Source of the DNA: Anaeromyxobacteraceae bacterium
GTDB taxonomy: Bacteria > Myxococcota > Myxococcia > Myxococcales > Anaeromyxobacteraceae
DNA: 64,000 bases
NCBI GenBank assembly: GCA_047602405.1
Contig: JASGHJ010000002.1
Location: forward strand, 3,552,001 to 3,616,000
Direction of reading: 5' to 3'
In this document: piece after piece, positions 48,979-59,814 of the stretch
How positions within the stretch are numbered: position 1 is the stretch's first letter
Layout: each line of letters starts with the position of its first letter
Notes under the pieces: model-generated
What the model was told of the DNA's origin: nothing
Seen by the model: only the letters and a program-made list of their open reading frames with translations
The model's database searches: none
Program-made: the position numbers and the translations under genes

Positions 48979-51900
48979 ATGACGGTCGGAAGGCGAAGCT
49001 GGTTCAAGAATCACGGCGGCGGGAGGCGCCGGGCTCGCGTTGACCGAGCTCGGGCTCAAGCCGGCCGAGGTGCAGGCCGCGACGAAGCGCTCGAAGCTCG
49101 TGGGGGTCCAGGAGTTCACGACCGCCTGCAACTTCTGCTCGTGCGGTTGCGGCATGGTCGCCCACGTGAAGGACGGCAAGCTCGTCAACCTCGAGGGCGA
49201 CCCCGACCACATCATCAACGAGGGCTCGCTCTGCTCGAAGGGCGCCGCGATGAAGGCGACCCACGAGAACCCGATGCGGCTCCAGAAGCCGCGCTACCGC
49301 GCGCCGGGCGCCACCTCCTGGACCGAGATCACCTGGGACGAGGCGTTCGAGAAGATCGCGAAGAAGATGAAGCAGGTCCGCGACACGAACTGGATCGCGA
49401 CCGAGAAGGACAAGGACGCGGACGGCAACGAGGTCGAGTACCCGGTGAACCGCACCGAGGCGATGGGCTTCCTCGGCGGCGCGCAGAACACCAACGAGGA
49501 GTGCTACCTCATCGCCAAGATGGGCCGGCTGCTGGGCACGCCGCTCATCGAGCACCAGGCTCGACTTTGACACAGCCCCACCGTCCCCAGTCTGGGGGCA
49601 TCGTTCGGCCGTGGCGCGATGACGAACCACTGGCTCGATCTGCAGCACTCGAAGGTCTTCCTGATCGCCGGATCCAACGCCGCCGAGAACCACGTGATGG
49701 CGATGAAGTGGGTCCAGAAGGCGCGCGCCAAGGGCGCGAAGATCATCCACGTCGATCCCCGCTTCACCCGCACGAGCGCGATGGCCGACGTCTACGCGCG
49801 CATCCGTCCGGGCACGGACATCGCCTACCTCGGCGCGATGATCTCGTACCTCATCGAGAAGAAGCTCTATGACGAGGCGTACGTCTCCGAGAACACCAAC
49901 GCGCTCTTCCTGACGAAGGACGAGTACAAGTTCGAGGACGGCCTCTTCTCCGGCTTCAACGGCGAGACGCACAAGTACGACAACGCGTCCTGGGGCTACG
50001 ACCTCGATCCGAAGACGCACCTGCCGAAGAAGGCCGCGTCGCTCGACGATCCGAAGTGCGTCCTCCAGCGCGTCCGGCAGCACTTCTCCCGCTACACGTT
50101 CGACACGGCGAGCGAGAATCTTCCGGCATCCCGGCCGACCAGATCAAGCTCATCGCCGACACGATGGCGGCGAACAAGCCGGGCACGATCATGTACGCGC
50201 TCGGCATGACCCAGCACACCACCGGCGTGCAGGGCATCCGCTGCTACCCGATCATCCAGCTGCTCCTCGGCAACATCGGCGTCGTCGGCGGCGGCGTGAA
50301 CGCGCTCCGCGGCGAGCCGAACGTGCAGGGCGCCTGCGACATGTCCGTGCTGTACGACTACTTCACGGGCTACGTCGCGGCTCCGAACCACGACCTGCCG
50401 ACGCTCGAGGCCTTCACGAAGAAGTACGGCACGTTCCGCGCGAAGTTCGTCGTGAACGCGCTCAAGGCCTGGTTCGGCGACGCGGCGACGCCCGAGAACG
50501 ACTTCATGTACGGGTCGCTGCTCAAGAAGAGCGGGAAGAAGAACTACTCGGTCTTCCGCATGCTCGAGACGGCGTACGAGGGGAAGATGAAGCTCCTCTA
50601 CGTCATGGGCCAGAACCCGATGGTCACGAACCCGAACCTGAAGCTGGTCGGGCAGTCGCTGGCCAAGCTCGAGATGCTGGTGGTCCAGGATCTCTGGGAG
50701 ACGGAGACCGCCGCGTTCTGGCAGGCCCCGGGCCTCGACCCGAAGGCCATCCAGACCGAGGTGATCGCGCTCCCGGCCGCCTACTTCATGGAGAAGGAAG
50801 GCACCATCTCCGGCTCCGGCCGCCTGGTGCAGTGGCGGTACGAGGCGGTGAAGCCGCCGGGAGAGGCGAAGAACGACCTCGAGATCATCGACACGCTCTT
50901 CAAGAAGGTCCGGGCCCTCTACCAGGACTCGACCGACCCGAAGGACGCGGTGATCAAGCAGGCCGTGTGGGCCTACTCCGAGAAGTCCCGCGCCGAGGAC
51001 GTGCTCCGCGAGATCAGCGGGCGCGTCTGGAAGGAGGTCACCCTCCCCGACGGCAAGGTGCTCAAGGCCGGCGACATGATCGGCGGCATCGGCCAGCTCC
51101 AGGGCGACGGCTCGACCTCGTCGGGCTCCTGGATCTACGCCGGCATCTTCGGCGGCGGGAAGAACCTCTCGAAGCGCCGTGACAACAAGACCGACCCGTC
51201 GAAGCTGGGCATCTACCCCGGCTTCGCCTGGACCTGGCCGGGCAACATGCACGTCCTCTACAACCGCGCGTCCTGCGGCGTGGACGGCAAGCCGCGCCCC
51301 GGCGTCATCCCGGTCGTGTGGTGGGACGAGAAGGACAAGAAGTGGAAGGGCCATGACACGCCCGACGTGCCGGTGCCCACCGACGGCCCCGACACCGAGA
51401 ACGGCCAGCGCCCGTTCCGCATGACCGCGGAGGCGGTCGGCCGGCTCTTCGCCGCGCCGTACAAGCACCCGGACATGAAGCTCCTCAAGGAGAAGAAGAA
51501 GGAGCTGCCCCGCGACTCGTCGAGCGTCCTCGGCGACGGCCCGCTGCCGGAGTTCTACGAGCCGGTGGAGAGCCCCTGCGAGAACGTGCTGCACCCGAAG
51601 GTCGCGTCCAACCCGGTGCTGAAGTACCCGCGCATCCCGGCGCTGCAGCCCATCGGCAAGAAGAGCGACTTCCCCTACGTGCTCTCGACGGCCTCGATGA
51701 CCGAGCACTGGTGCGCGGGCTCCACGACGCGCAACGTGCCCTGGCTCAACGAGCTCGCGCCCGAGCCGTGGGTGGAGCTGCCCGAGAAGCTCGCCCAGGA
51801 GAAGCAGATCAAGACGGGCGACAAGGTGAAGGTGTGGTCGGCGCGCGGCGAGGTGACGGTGAAGGCCCGCGTGACGAAGCGCATGGAGGTGCTGCGGATC

Positions 51901-52074
51901 CACGGCAAGGAGCAGGTCGTCGTGTGGATGCCCTACAACTGGGGCTTCAAGGGCCTGTCGACGGGCCCGAGCACGAACCACCTGACCATCGACGTGGGTG
52001 ATCCCAACACCTGGTGCCAGGAGACGAAGGCGTGCCTGGTCAACCTCGCCAAGGCTGAAGACCGCATCGCCTAG
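48979..52074 (+). CDS. fdnG: Selenocysteine-containing formate dehydrogenase alpha subunit (Mo/W-bisPGD, Tat-exported); insertions at ~49010 (+1) and ~50118 (+2)
   Basis: AGGAGG RBS; corrected Tat signal GRRSWFKITAAG; CNFCSCGC..GSLCSKG; HQARL-TGA(49568-49570)-HSPTV..FGRGAMTNHW; RGEPNVQG; TEHW. Confidence 0.92.
49571..49602 (+). promoter_or_regulatory. Putative SECIS hairpin
   Basis: GTCCCC-AGTCT-GGGGGC stem-loop ~12 nt after the in-frame TGA. Confidence 0.7.
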
Positions 52075-52085
52075 GGAGACCGACC

Positions 52086-54293
52086 ATGACCACGCACACC
52101 GAGAAGACCCCGCTGAACGAGCAGCACGGCTACCTGATCGACACCACCAAGTGCATCGGGTGCCGCTCCTGCCAGGTCTCCTGCAAGCAGTGGAACGAGC
52201 TGGAGGCCGAGAAGACGCAGATCGACGACAAGAAGGCCGGGCTGCAGATGCCCACCACGATGTCGGCGAAGACCTTCACGGTCATCACCTACAACGAGGT
52301 GGAGAATCCGCGGGCCCCCGGCGGCCTGTCGTACGTGATGGCGAAGCGGATGTGCATGCACTGCAACGAGCCTGCGTGCGCCTCCGCCTGCCCGGTCACC
52401 GCCCTCCACAAGACGGCGGAGGGGCCGGTCGTCTATGACGCCGACAAGTGCATCGGCTGCCGCTACTGCATGTGGGCCTGCCCCTGGGGCGTGCCCACGG
52501 CGGAGTGGGACTCGCTCGCGCCGAAGATCCAGAAGTGCACGATGTGCTACGACCGCAACGGCCAGTCCTGCCCGGACAGCCGCAACGGCACGGCGTACGG
52601 CGAGGCGGAGAAGGCCTCGGGTACGAAGGCCTACGGCCAGCCCATCTGCACGAAGGCCTGCCCGCCGGGCGCGCTGAAGTTCGGCAAGCGCGGCGAGCTG
52701 CTCGAGGAGGCCCGGGCCCGCATCAAGGCGGATCCGGCCCGGTACCACGACGGCATCTACGGTGAGCACGAGGCGGGCGGCACGAACGTCCTCTACCTCT
52801 CCCCGGTGCCGTTCGAGCAGATCGGCCTGCCCCGCATCCAGCACCAGAGCTACACGGCGACCGCCGCCGTGGCGCTCGGCGCGGTGCCCGCCGCCGTCCT
52901 CGGCGTCGGCGCCGCCCTCGGGGCGACGTACGCGGTGAAGAAGCGCGCCGACGAGGTGAAGGCGGCGGAGGCGAAGGACGTGAAGGCGGTCGAGCACCAC
53001 CACCCCACGTTCGAGCCGATCTCGAAGCCGCTGTGGACGGGCTTCAACAAGCTCATGGCGGCGCTGATGGCGTTCGGCGGCATCTCGATGCTCGCCCGCT
53101 TCGCCCTCGGCCTCGGCGGCTCCACCGGCCTCAACGACACGTACGCGTGGGGCCTCTGGATCGTCTTCGACCTCGTGTGGATCGCGGTCGCCGCGGGCGC
53201 GTTCGCCACGGCCGGCCTCATCTACGTGTTCCGGCGTGAGGACCTCTACAGCATCGGCAGATCCGCGGTGCTGATGGGCCTCCTCTCCTACTCGTTCGTC
53301 ACCGTGACGCTCCTCGCCGACCTCGGCCTGCCGTGGCACTTCTGGCAGCTCGGCCTCCAGGCCCCGGAGCACTCGGCGATGTTCGAGGTCTCCTGGTGCG
53401 TCGGCCTCTACGTCACCGTCCTCGCCGCCGAGTTCCTGCCCGTGCTGTTCGAGGGCATCGGCCTCAAGGCGGGCATGGAGACGTGGAAGAAGTGGGCGCC
53501 GATCTACGTCGTCTTCGCGATGACCCTGTTCGTGTACCTGATGTCCCGCAACCTCGTGTACGCGGCGGGCGCCGCGGCGGTGTTCGGCATCATGGCCTAC
53601 GCGTACAGGACCCGCCCCGGTGAGAAGCCGGTCCCTGTGATGCTCGCCATCGCCGCGGTCACCCTGTCGTCCATGCACCAGAGCTCGCTCGGCTCGCTGT
53701 TCCTCCTCATGCCCGACAAGCTCAACCACCTCTGGTGGTCGCCGGTCATGCCGGTCTACTTCTTCCTCTCCTCCATCGCGGCCGGCACGGCGCTCATGGT
53801 GGTGATCGAGATGTGGGTCGCGAAGGCGTACTCCCGCCCGCTCCGCACGAAGCAGCTCGCGGCGATGGGCAAGGTCGCCCTCGGTGCCATGGCGGTCTAC
53901 CTCGCGTTCCGCCTGGGCGACGTCGCCCTGCGCGGGCAGCTCGGCGCGGCCTTCTCCGGCCCGAAGGGCATGATGTTCCTCGCCGAGATCGTGGTGGGCG
54001 GGCTCGTCCCGGTCGTCATGCTCGCCTCGGCGGCGAACCGCGAGAACCCGCGGACGCTGTTCGCGGCGTCGCTGCTCGGCACGCTGGGCATCGTGTTCAA
54101 CCGCATCAACGTGGTCGTCGGCGCGATGACGCTCCCGGGCGCCGCCCCGGGCAACCTGCCGCTCTCGTACACGCCGTCGGTGTTCGAGTGGGGCATCTCC
54201 ATCGGCCTCATCGCCGCCACGATCTTCCTCTACGGCGTCGCGGTCAGGCGCCTGCCGGTGCTGCCGAAGGCCGACGAGGCGAGCTCGCACTAG
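52086..54293 (+). CDS. Fused FdnH/HybA-type 4x[4Fe-4S] subunit and HybB/NrfD-type membrane subunit
   Basis: CIGCRSCQVSC, CMHCNEPACASACP, CIGCRYCMWACP, KCTMC; then GLG..TGLNDTYAWGLW, DLGLPW, FEVSWC, MHQSSLG, NRIN in one frame. Confidence 0.9.
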   Translation: MTTHTEKTPLNEQHGYLIDTTKCIGCRSCQVSCKQWNELEAEKTQIDDKKAGLQMPTTMSAKTFTVITYNEVENPRAPGGLSYVMAKRMCMHCNEPACASACPVTALHKTAEGPVVYDADKCIGCRYCMWACPWGVPTAEWDSLAPKIQKCTMCYDRNGQSCPDSRNGTAYGEAEKASGTKAYGQPICTKACPPGALKFGKRGELLEEARARIKADPARYHDGIYGEHEAGGTNVLYLSPVPFEQIGLPRIQHQSYTATAAVALGAVPAAVLGVGAALGATYAVKKRADEVKAAEAKDVKAVEHHHPTFEPISKPLWTGFNKLMAALMAFGGISMLARFALGLGGSTGLNDTYAWGLWIVFDLVWIAVAAGAFATAGLIYVFRREDLYSIGRSAVLMGLLSYSFVTVTLLADLGLPWHFWQLGLQAPEHSAMFEVSWCVGLYVTVLAAEFLPVLFEGIGLKAGMETWKKWAPIYVVFAMTLFVYLMSRNLVYAAGAAAVFGIMAYAYRTRPGEKPVPVMLAIAAVTLSSMHQSSLGSLFLLMPDKLNHLWWSPVMPVYFFLSSIAAGTALMVVIEMWVAKAYSRPLRTKQLAAMGKVALGAMAVYLAFRLGDVALRGQLGAAFSGPKGMMFLAEIVVGGLVPVVMLASAANRENPRTLFAASLLGTLGIVFNRINVVVGAMTLPGAAPGNLPLSYTPSVFEWGISIGLIAATIFLYGVAVRRLPVLPKADEASSH

Positions 54294-54392
54294 AGCGTTG
54301 ATGTTGGGTTAGTCTTGGCGCCCCCGGTCCGGAGCAATGGACCGGGGGCGTCTCTCTGTCGTGACCCCCGTTTCTCCCTGGAGCGCCGCCGC

Positions 54393-55220
54393 ATGGACGA
54401 GACCTCCCGCCGCTGGATCGCGCAGCACCCCTTCCTGGAGGGCGTCGCCGCCTTCCACGACGCCGTCGAGGCGGCCGTCGCGAAGGCCGCCCTCCCCGCC
54501 GTGGCGCCGCCCTCCGGCGACGGCTGGAAGGAGGACCTCGCCCGCGGCCTGCCGCTCCTCCTCTCCGAGAAGGCCGGCCTCGCCACCTCGCCCGCGCTCG
54601 CCGAGGCCGTCGCGAAGCTCGCGTTCGAGCTCGCGCGCTCGCCGCTGCCCGAGGCGCTGAAGGAGAAGGCCGCCACCCTGAAGGATCACCTGGCGCAGCC
54701 CGCCACCCGCGCCGCGCTCGTCGCCGCGCTCATCGGCGACGGCGAGCCGCCCACCGACGTCGACCCCGGCTTCGCCCGCTTCGTCGCCTGGACCGCGATG
54801 GCCCACGCGCTCGCGCCGGCCCTGCGCGCCCTCGAGGGCGTGCGCGACGATGACGCCTGGAACGCCGGCTCCTGCCCCACCTGCGGCAGCGGCCCGGCCA
54901 TGAGCCAGCTCGTGCCGAACGAGGTCGGCCGGAAGCGGGTCCTCGGCTGCGGCCAGTGCCGCACCCGCTGGACCTACCGCCGCATCGCCTGCGCCCACTG
55001 CGGCAACCACGACGCGACGAAGCTCGCCGTGATGGAGCTCGAGGGCGAGCCCGCGCTCCGGCTCGACGTCTGCGAGGAGTGCAAGGGCTACGTGAAGACG
55101 TACACCGAGGTCGGCGAGGAGCCGCTGATGCTCGCGGACTGGTCGAGCCTGCACCTCGACGTGCTCGCGAAGGAGAAGGGCTACGTGAGGAAGGGCGCGA
55201 GCCTGTACGAGCTGGAGTAG
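54393..55220 (+). CDS. fdhE: Formate dehydrogenase maturation protein FdhE
   Basis: CPTCGSGP, CGQCRTRW, CAHCGN, CEECKGYVK, LHLD. Confidence 0.9.
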   Translation: MDETSRRWIAQHPFLEGVAAFHDAVEAAVAKAALPAVAPPSGDGWKEDLARGLPLLLSEKAGLATSPALAEAVAKLAFELARSPLPEALKEKAATLKDHLAQPATRAALVAALIGDGEPPTDVDPGFARFVAWTAMAHALAPALRALEGVRDDDAWNAGSCPTCGSGPAMSQLVPNEVGRKRVLGCGQCRTRWTYRRIACAHCGNHDATKLAVMELEGEPALRLDVCEECKGYVKTYTEVGEEPLMLADWSSLHLDVLAKEKGYVRKGASLYELE

Positions 55221-55223
55221 GCG

Positions 55224-55449
55224 TCAACGGGCCAGGTAGGCGTCGAGCGCGTCCCGATCGTCGACGTACGCCGAGAGGCCACCGAGATCGAACACGGGCA
55301 GCGGCGGAAGCTCCGGCTTCCTCGCCACGCCGGCGAGGAGTGCCCGGAGCGCCTCGTTCACGAGGTCGGGGACCGAACGGCCTTCCTCCGCGGCCCGGGC
55401 CTCGAGCGCGTGCAACACCCGGTCGTCGATTCTCGACTTCGAGCTTCAT
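55224..55449 (-). CDS. Ribbon-helix-helix (VapB/CopG-like) antitoxin-like protein; +1 frameshift at ~55430
   Basis: Corrected MKLEVEIDDRVLHALEARAAEEGRSVPDLVNEALRALL..LPPLPVF..DDRDAL. Confidence 0.65.
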
Positions 55450-55620
55450 GCGGCACCCATACGATTCGTGCGGGTCCACCGTCAAGCAGCGGCCGGAGGG
55501 TGCGAAGCAGCCAGGCCCGGAGGGTCACGGACCGAGAGCATGCCCTGTACCCATTCGAGTCATCCGCGCGGATGGCTCTGACGGGGCGTGGCCGCACGCT
55601 GGGTGCTGTACACTCCACGT

Positions 55621-56554
55621 ATGGGCCGCTCCCTTCCGTGGCTGCTCCTCGCCGTCAGCCTGGTCCTGAACGCGTACCTCTTCTTCCGCGGAGGCGTGCG
55701 GCCGGGGGGACCGGGGGCCGAGCCGGTCGCGACGGGCGGCTCGGATTCGGTGCCCGCCGTGGGCGCGCTCGGGGCAGCCCCGCCGACGAGCGGCCCCGGC
55801 GGCGTGTCGCGCGCCACCGGCCCACCGCCCGCGACGCCGGAGGCTGCCCGTGCGGCGCTGCTCGAGGCGAAGGTCGCGTGGCTGGAGCGCGAGCTCTTCG
55901 CGCACCTCCCGGCCCACGAGCGCTTCGAGCGAAGCGCCGGGAAGGCGCCCGGTCCGGCGGTGCCGAAGTTCCGCCCCGAGGTGGAGCGCGTGCTGAAGGG
56001 CTCAGATGCGGACTCGTGGGAGGTCGAGTGCCGCGCAGACATCTGCCGGATCCAGATTCCTCGCCGAGAAGGGGAAGACGGGCTGGGAGCAGAAGCTCCA
56101 GTTCGACGAGGCCGTGCGGAACTGGGTGAACGGCGCGACGTTCGAAGGGGGCCAGCCGAAGACGGATCCCGTCTCGGGCAAGACCTACTGGGAGCACGAC
56201 GTGTTCTACGACACGCGGAACGAGCCCGACACGATCTCCCCGGAGTTCTGGCGACTGGTGCACGTGTTCCGGACGTCCTCGGCGCTGTCCGACTGCACGC
56301 GCGGGTTCGCGGAGCGCGGGACCTACGCGGCTCGCGTGGGCCTGCATCCTCCGGAGATCGAGGTGCTGTCCGCCGGCACGCTCGCGCCGGAGGTCACCCG
56401 GTGCCTGGACGCGCGGCTCCGCCAGGCGGTGGCGCCCGCCCTGCAGGAGACGAGGACAGGCACGTTCCCCGGCGCGGTCGCCTACGTGGAGCTCGTGTCG
56501 CCCCCCGCCGACGCCCGCCCCCGGCCTACGCCGCCGCCTGCTCGGCCGGGGTGA
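55621..56554 (+). CDS. Hypothetical membrane-anchored protein; +1 frameshift at ~56057
   Basis: N-terminal TM ([15 protein letters not shown]); corrected ..[22 protein letters not shown].. joins two ORFs. Confidence 0.6.
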
Positions 56555-59500
56555 CCGGGCCGGCCGGGAGGCTCTTCCCCTTCCAGAGCATGTAGACCGC
56601 CGGGTAGACGAGGAGCTCGAGGGCGAAGCTCGTCACGAGGCCGCCGATCATCGGCGCGGCGATGCGCTTCATCACGTCGGCGCCGGTGCCGGTGGACCAC
56701 ATGATGGGGAGGAGGCCCAGCATCGCGGCCGCCACCGTCATCGCCTTCGGGCGCACGCGCTTCACGGCGCCGTGCACGATGGCCTCGACGAGGTCGGAGC
56801 GGGTGCGGAGCAGGCCCTTCTTCTCGGCCTCGTCGTGCGAGAGGTCGAGGAAGAGGCAGCATGAACACGCCGGTCTCGGCGTCGAGCCCCATGAGCGCGA
56901 TCATCCCGACCCACACCGCGATCGAGACGTTGTAGCCGAGCGCCCACAGGAGCCACACCGCGCCGATGGCGCTGAACGGCACCGCCGCCATCACGAGGAG
57001 CGCCTTCGCCGACGACCTCGTGTTCATGTAGAGGAGGCCGAAGATGAGCACGATCGTGAGCGGGATGATGACCTGCAGCCGCTCACGCACGCGCAGCATG
57101 TTCTCGTACTGGCCGCTCCAGCTCATCTGGTAGCCGGTCGGGAGCGACACCTTCGAGGCCACCGCCGCCTTCGCGCGGTCGACGTAGCCGCCGATGTCGA
57201 CCTTGGAGGTGTCGAAGTCGACGTAGACGTAGCCGGCGAGCAGGCCGTTCTCGTTGCGGATCATCGACGGGCCCTGCGCGAGCACCACGTCGGCGATCTC
57301 GGCCATGGGGATCTGGCCCTTGCCCGACGGGAGCGGCAGGAGCACGCGGCGGAGCGCGTCGAGGTCCTCGCGGTAGTCGCGGGCGTAGCGCACGTTGATG
57401 CCGTACCGCTCCCGCCCCTCCACCGTGGTCGACTGCACGTCGCCGCCGACGGCGGTCATCACCATCATGTTCGCGTCGTCGACGGTGAGGCCGTAGCGGG
57501 CGAGCTGCTCGCGCTTCAGCACGAAGTCGAGGAAGAACCCGCCCGCCACGCGCTCGGCGTAGACGGAGCGCGTGCCGGGGACCTCCTGCACCGCCGCCTC
57601 GACCTCCTTCGCGGTCTTCTCGATGACCGAGAGGTCGGCGCCGGAGATCTTGATGCCGATGGGCGTGCGGATGCCGGTCGAGAGCATGTCGAGCCGGCCC
57701 TTGATCGGCATCGTCCAGGCGTTCGAGATGCCGGGCAGCTGCAGCCGCTCGTTCATCTCGTTCTCGAGGTCCTCCTGCGTGATGCGGTCGCGCCAGAACG
57801 GGCGCAGCATCGACTTCAGGAACCCCGGCGCCCACGACGAGTACCAGCGTGGCACCTCACGCCACTCCGCCTCGGGCTTGAGGAGGATGGTGGTCTCCAT
57901 CATCGTGAACGGCGCCGGATCGGTGGAGGTGTTGGCGCGGCCGGCCTTCCCGAACACGCGCTCCACCTCGGGGAAGGTGTGGAGCAGGCGGTCCTGCACC
58001 TGCAGCGCCTTCTCGGCCTCGGCGACCGACATGCCCGGCTCGACCGCCGAGGGCATGTAGAGGATGGTGCCCTCGCGCAGCGGCGGCATGAACTCCGAGC
58101 CGAGGTGCAGGTAGACCGGGAGGGTGGAGGCGACGAGGAGCACGCTCGCGGCGATGACGGCTCGCGGGTGCTTCAGCACGAACCGGCAGGGTGGCTCGTA
58201 GATGCGGTGGAGGAACGCCGAGATCGGGTGCTTCTCCTCGGAGTGGTAGGTGCCGACGAGCGCGCCGGTCGCGAGCTTCGCGAGCCAGCGCGGGCGGAAG
58301 GTGAACGGGTCGATCCGCGCGAAGAGCATGCGGAGCGCGGGGTCGAGCGTGATCGCGAGGATCGCCGCGATCGCCATGGCCAGGTTCTTCGAGTAGGCGA
58401 GCGGCCGGAAGAGGCGGCCCTCTTGGTCGACGAGCGTGAACACCGGCATGAAGGCGACCGCGATCACGAGGAGCGAGAAGAAGACGCCGGGCCCCACCTC
58501 GAGGAGCGCCTCGAGCCGGACCTTGTGGAAGTCGCCCTTCTTCCCGCCCGCGATCCAGTGGTGGATCTTGTTGTAGGCGTTCTCGACCTCGACGATCGCC
58601 CCGTCCACCAGCACGCCGATCGAGATCGCGATGCCGGCGAGCGACATCAGGTTCGCGTTGAGGCCCATGAGGTACATGGGGATGAACGCGAGCGCGACCG
58701 AGACCGGGATCGTGATGATGGGGATGATCGAGCTCGGGATGTGCCACAGGAACACGAGGATGATGATCGAGACGATGATGATCTCCTCGACCAGCTTCTC
58801 CCGGACCGTGTGGATCGCGCCCTCGATGAGCTCGGAGCGATCGTAGGTCGTGATGATCTCCGAGCCCTTCGGGAGCGAGGGCTTCAGCTCGGCGAGCTTC
58901 GCCTCGATGCGCTGGATGACCTGGAGCGCGTTCTCGCCCGAGCGCATCACCACGATGCCGCCCACCACGTCGCCCTCGCCATCGAGGTCGGCGACGCCCC
59001 GGCGGAGCTCCGGGCCGAGGGTGACGGTCGCGACGTCCTTCACGAGCACCGGCGTGCCGCCCGACGAGCGCAGCACGAGGTTCTCGAGGTCCCCGATGCC
59101 CTTCACGTAGCCGCGGCCCCGCACCATGTACTCGCGGCCGGAGAGCTCGACGAGCCGCCCGCCCACGTCGTTGTTGCCGGTGCGCACCGCCTTGATGACC
59201 GCCTCGAGCGGCAGCCCGTAGGCGGCGAGCGCGTTCGGGTTCACCTGCACCTGGTACTGGCGCACGTGGCCGCCGACCGTGGCGACCTCGGAGACCCCCG
59301 GCACCGCCTGGATGGCGTAGCGGAGGTTCCAGTCCTGGTAGCTGCGCAGCTCGTCGGACGAGTGCTGGCCGGTCCGGTCGACGAGCGCGTACTGGTACAC
59401 CCAGCCGACGCTGGAGGCGTCGGGCCCGAGCTCGACCGCCACCTGAGCCGGCAGCTGCGGGGTGATCTTCGAGAGGTACTCGAGCACGCGGGTGCGGGCC

Positions 59501-59811
59501 CAGTACGGATCGGTGCCGTCCTCGAAGATGACGTAGACGTAGCTGAAGCCGAAGTCGGAGAAGCCGCGGATCGCCTTCACCTTCGGCGCGCCGAGGAGCG
59601 CGGAGGTGATGGGGTACGTCACCTGGTCCTCGAGGATGTCCGGGCTGCGGTCCCAGCGCGAGTAGACGATGACCTGCGTGTCCGAGAGGTCGGGCAGCGC
59701 GTCGAGCGGGATGTTCCGCATCGTCCAGTACGCGCCCACGAGCGCGGCGGCGGTCGCCGCGAGGACGAGGAGCCGGTTCTCGGCCGAGAAGCGGATGATG
59801 GCCTTCAGCAC
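56526..59811 (-). CDS. cusA: CusA/CzcA heavy-metal RND efflux permease; +1 frameshift at ~56857
   Basis: [37 protein letters not shown]-terminal [23 protein letters not shown] in the shifted frame. Confidence 0.92.
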
Positions 59812-59814
59812 GGG

